Assembly (NCBI GenBank): GCA_028534125.1 | Contig: CM052816.1 | Span: 69,504,062 to 69,568,000 of the forward strand | Source: Lama glama | Lineage: Eukaryota | Direction of reading: 5' to 3' | DNA length: 63,939 bases | Shown here: positions 61,091 through 63,939 of the stretch, in pieces | Position numbering within the stretch: the first letter of the stretch is position 1 | Layout: each line of letters begins with the position of its first letter | Made by a program: the position numbers and the translations under genes | Notes under the pieces: generated by a model | Told to the model about the DNA's origin: nothing | Databases searched by the model: none | What the model saw: only the letters and a program-made list of their open reading frames with translations

Positions 61091-63939
61091 TACATAGTTA
61101 CGTTTTCAGGTAAATGCTGTTTGGATTTGTTTTTATGGTACTTTGATTTTGACACCTTAAAATGGAATGAGTCTGCTATTTTCATATTTGGATAATACTG
61201 TTGGCAAGCTTATACCCAAAAGCCCTAATAATCTATAAAATGGAAGTCTGTGCTTAGTGGTCTAAATAAGTTCGTATCAATTATTATCAATTGATATTGA
61301 TTATCAATCAACCTATACACCTTTTTATATCTCTAAACTGACCTATTTAAGAGGCTTTGGAATTGCATTATGAATTAGCCTACCATGGCCTACTGCATAT
61401 GAACTCAGAAATGCCTCAAGAAAGGTATTGAAGGATTGAAAATATCGTTCATTAAGTACTTTAATTCTCCTTCTTTAACTTCTGTAATAAATCTTAATGT
61501 AAACATATTCTGCAGGTTCTTTTTAACCAAGCTGTTTTAAATATAAACTTTGTAAATGACTTCTATTTTATTTTAAAAATTACATAGTTTTTAAAGATAG
61601 CAAGAGGATGGTTTACTGTTCTCAAGCAAAGAAGATAGAGGACTTTGACCTCACCACAGTCACTGTCATTTGATAACATAATGCATGATCATTTCAAGGC
61701 CCCCACTTGGCTCCCAAATGACCCATTTCCTCTCATGAAGTATAGCTAGGCCAAGGCTTTAGATAAAAGAATGGGGAAGGGTTTCCCCAGTTTTCACTAG
61801 TGCCCTCCAGTTTTATCCCACTATGAACGGGTAGGTGAAAAGTTTCCCCAAGCTCCTTCTCTTTGGGAAGATAAGGAAGAGAAGCAGTGAGTGGAATGAG
61901 ACAGCCGGAATACATATCCTGCCCTTTTCACCCCTCCGTTCTCTACCTTTGAACATTACAAATACTTTAATACCATGTAAGGGGATGATCTTGTGTGCTT
62001 GCAGGACAAACATAGCTTTGACTTATTGCTGCCCAGCAGGGTCAGTGTTAACTTAGATGAGAAGCTCCTAGGACGCTGTAATGACCATTGTAGGGGAGGC
62101 ACCATAGTGTCCATAGGGGGTTAAATATTTTTGATGTTTTGGGCATGTTTGGTTTTTTATGGGGTGAGCCCTAGCCAAACCGTTTACTAAGCTGAACATC
62201 AGTTGTTGAGTGTTTGGGGGAGCTTTTTTTTTGGAAGCATAGTACCACTTGCTTGCCACACTCTATTCCTAAATCTTTTGGGTAAAAATAATCAGTATCA
62301 CTTTTTTGAATAAAATGCCAAGAAGCTGACTTAATTATGCTGTCTCTTTAAGTTAAATTTTTGCTCAAGAACAGCTTGAGTAACTGAATTGTACCTCTCA
62401 GAAATGTGAGAATCATTGGGGTTAAGGAGGCACTTGCTTACTTACCCTTTCAGGATTGATCTTTCAGTTCAGCGTGGCTAATTTTTACTTCCCATTCTCT
62501 AGTATTTGAAATTTTCTCTTAGAATTTGTGCATACTTACTTGGTACAGGAGGAGTATTTTCCAAGGCACTTGAGTGTCTCCTGCGTTTTCATTGTTCAAA
62601 ATTGTTCCCAGCTTTTAAATGAAAACCCTTACTGAGGAGACGTGAGTGTGTGTGTATGTATATGTGTGTTTCTGGTCAAATAACATAAAAATTACTTCTC
62701 TGAGCCCCCATGACTTTTTCCTTTGGTCTTGACAGATACTTTATTTATTCTTATTAAATGTGGTTTGTTTATATCTAGTTCTTTGTGTGAAATTCATGCT
62801 TAAGAAGAATGGGGTTGTTTGGGATATATTTTTTCTTAAACCAGCTGGACTCTTATTAACTCTAGTTTGAAGATATGTATGTGTATGCATATATGTGCAC
62901 ATGTATTTATATGAAAGGGTGTGTGTACACACATGTCAGCTTCTTACTTGAGTGGTTTTTCAATTGTAAGATTTGAGAGAAGGAAAAGAAAAAGAAAAGG
63001 AAAGAAAGATCTGTTAAGTAAGAGGACAAAGGAATGCTCTCTTAACTGGGCTGGAATTGAAGTTTGTGTTTCATTTAAAATGACAAATCAGCAAATCCCT
63101 CTTCGGCTCTGTTGCATCAAGGTGAATTTTCCCTTCATTCTGGGCTTTGGATACAGTTTGCCTGGACATCTTCCCAGGAAAGCCCCTGTGTAAAACCCCC
63201 ATTAAAGCAAAGGCACCATAAAATCATTTCATTTCCATAACGCTTGTCTTCTGACCTATGTGAAATGTACCAAACTCTTGAGGTGCATATTCTGGGTCTT
63301 AACGTTACTAAACAAAACAATGAATACAAAATTCTCATATATGCCTAAACTGTGATACAAAAATGAACATAAAAGGTAGCGATTCTTTCCTTCCATGTGG
63401 TGAAGCAACTTGGGGAAAGAAATGAGACTTTCGGCAGGAAGAAAATGTCAGATTTTTGGGGGGCGGCTGCAGAGTGCATTTCACTGCCCTAAATTCTGGA
63501 ATTTTATTCAGAATTAAAGAAAAAAGGATTTCACTCGTAGTACTTATCTTAGTGCTGGGGCTGGAGTTAGCACTGCAGATCTCACCAAAGCAGGACGGGT
63601 ATTTCAGGCAGACTGCACGGTTTATTGGCTACCATTAGTTCCCCAAACTAAACAAAGAATAATAAATTATATGAATGTGGGTTGTTTCTTATCTCTTGCT
63701 GGAGGCCATTGCTAATTTTAGGGCAAAATTAAGTGGGGTTCACTCTTTTAGGTAATTACAGAATAAACCCCATTTAATTACACTAGTAAACAAACATGTA
63801 GCAAAGTGGAACCCGTACGCAGTTCTGGATCCACTGTTTAAGGTCCTTGGGACCTAGGGTACCTTGAAATGCAGGATGAGGTGAAGGTGCTGAGGATTGT
63901 ATTAAAAAATCAAGCAAGAATATCGGCCTTCTAACTTAA

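Noticed and set aside
1..63939. CRISPR array, operon or other prokaryotic/viral defence system
   Set aside because: The sequence is clearly mammalian, with no regularly spaced repeats and no gene-dense region.

Overview
Mammalian non-coding genomic DNA, most likely camelid (alpaca/llama/camel), inferred from four copies of a tRNA-Ala(AGC)-derived SINE of the vic-1 type, artiodactyl MER41-like LTRs and young L1 3' ends. I see no credible host protein-coding region. The only ORFs with recognisable protein are decayed L1 ORF2 C-termini (37095-37636, 56280-56630) and Charlie1 transposase remnants (49520-49938). Much of the window is layered transposon debris (MIR, L2, L1, MLT1, LTR16, MER41-like and other ERV1 LTRs, hAT-Charlie elements), plus microsatellites and one 500-N assembly gap. 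An apparent G+T excess on the + strand suggests an intron of a + strand gene that I could not identify. I found no convincing new biological system. The best leads are a TSD-flanked L1/non-L1 chimeric retroposition (7212-7659), a long inverted-repeat hairpin (46543-46634), a CpG-rich patch that looks like GC-shifted old repeats (57790-58170), two frame-preserving micro-exon candidates, and CTCF-like motifs. Repeat family names come from recalled consensus sequences, not a database search, and boundaries of old repeats are approximate.
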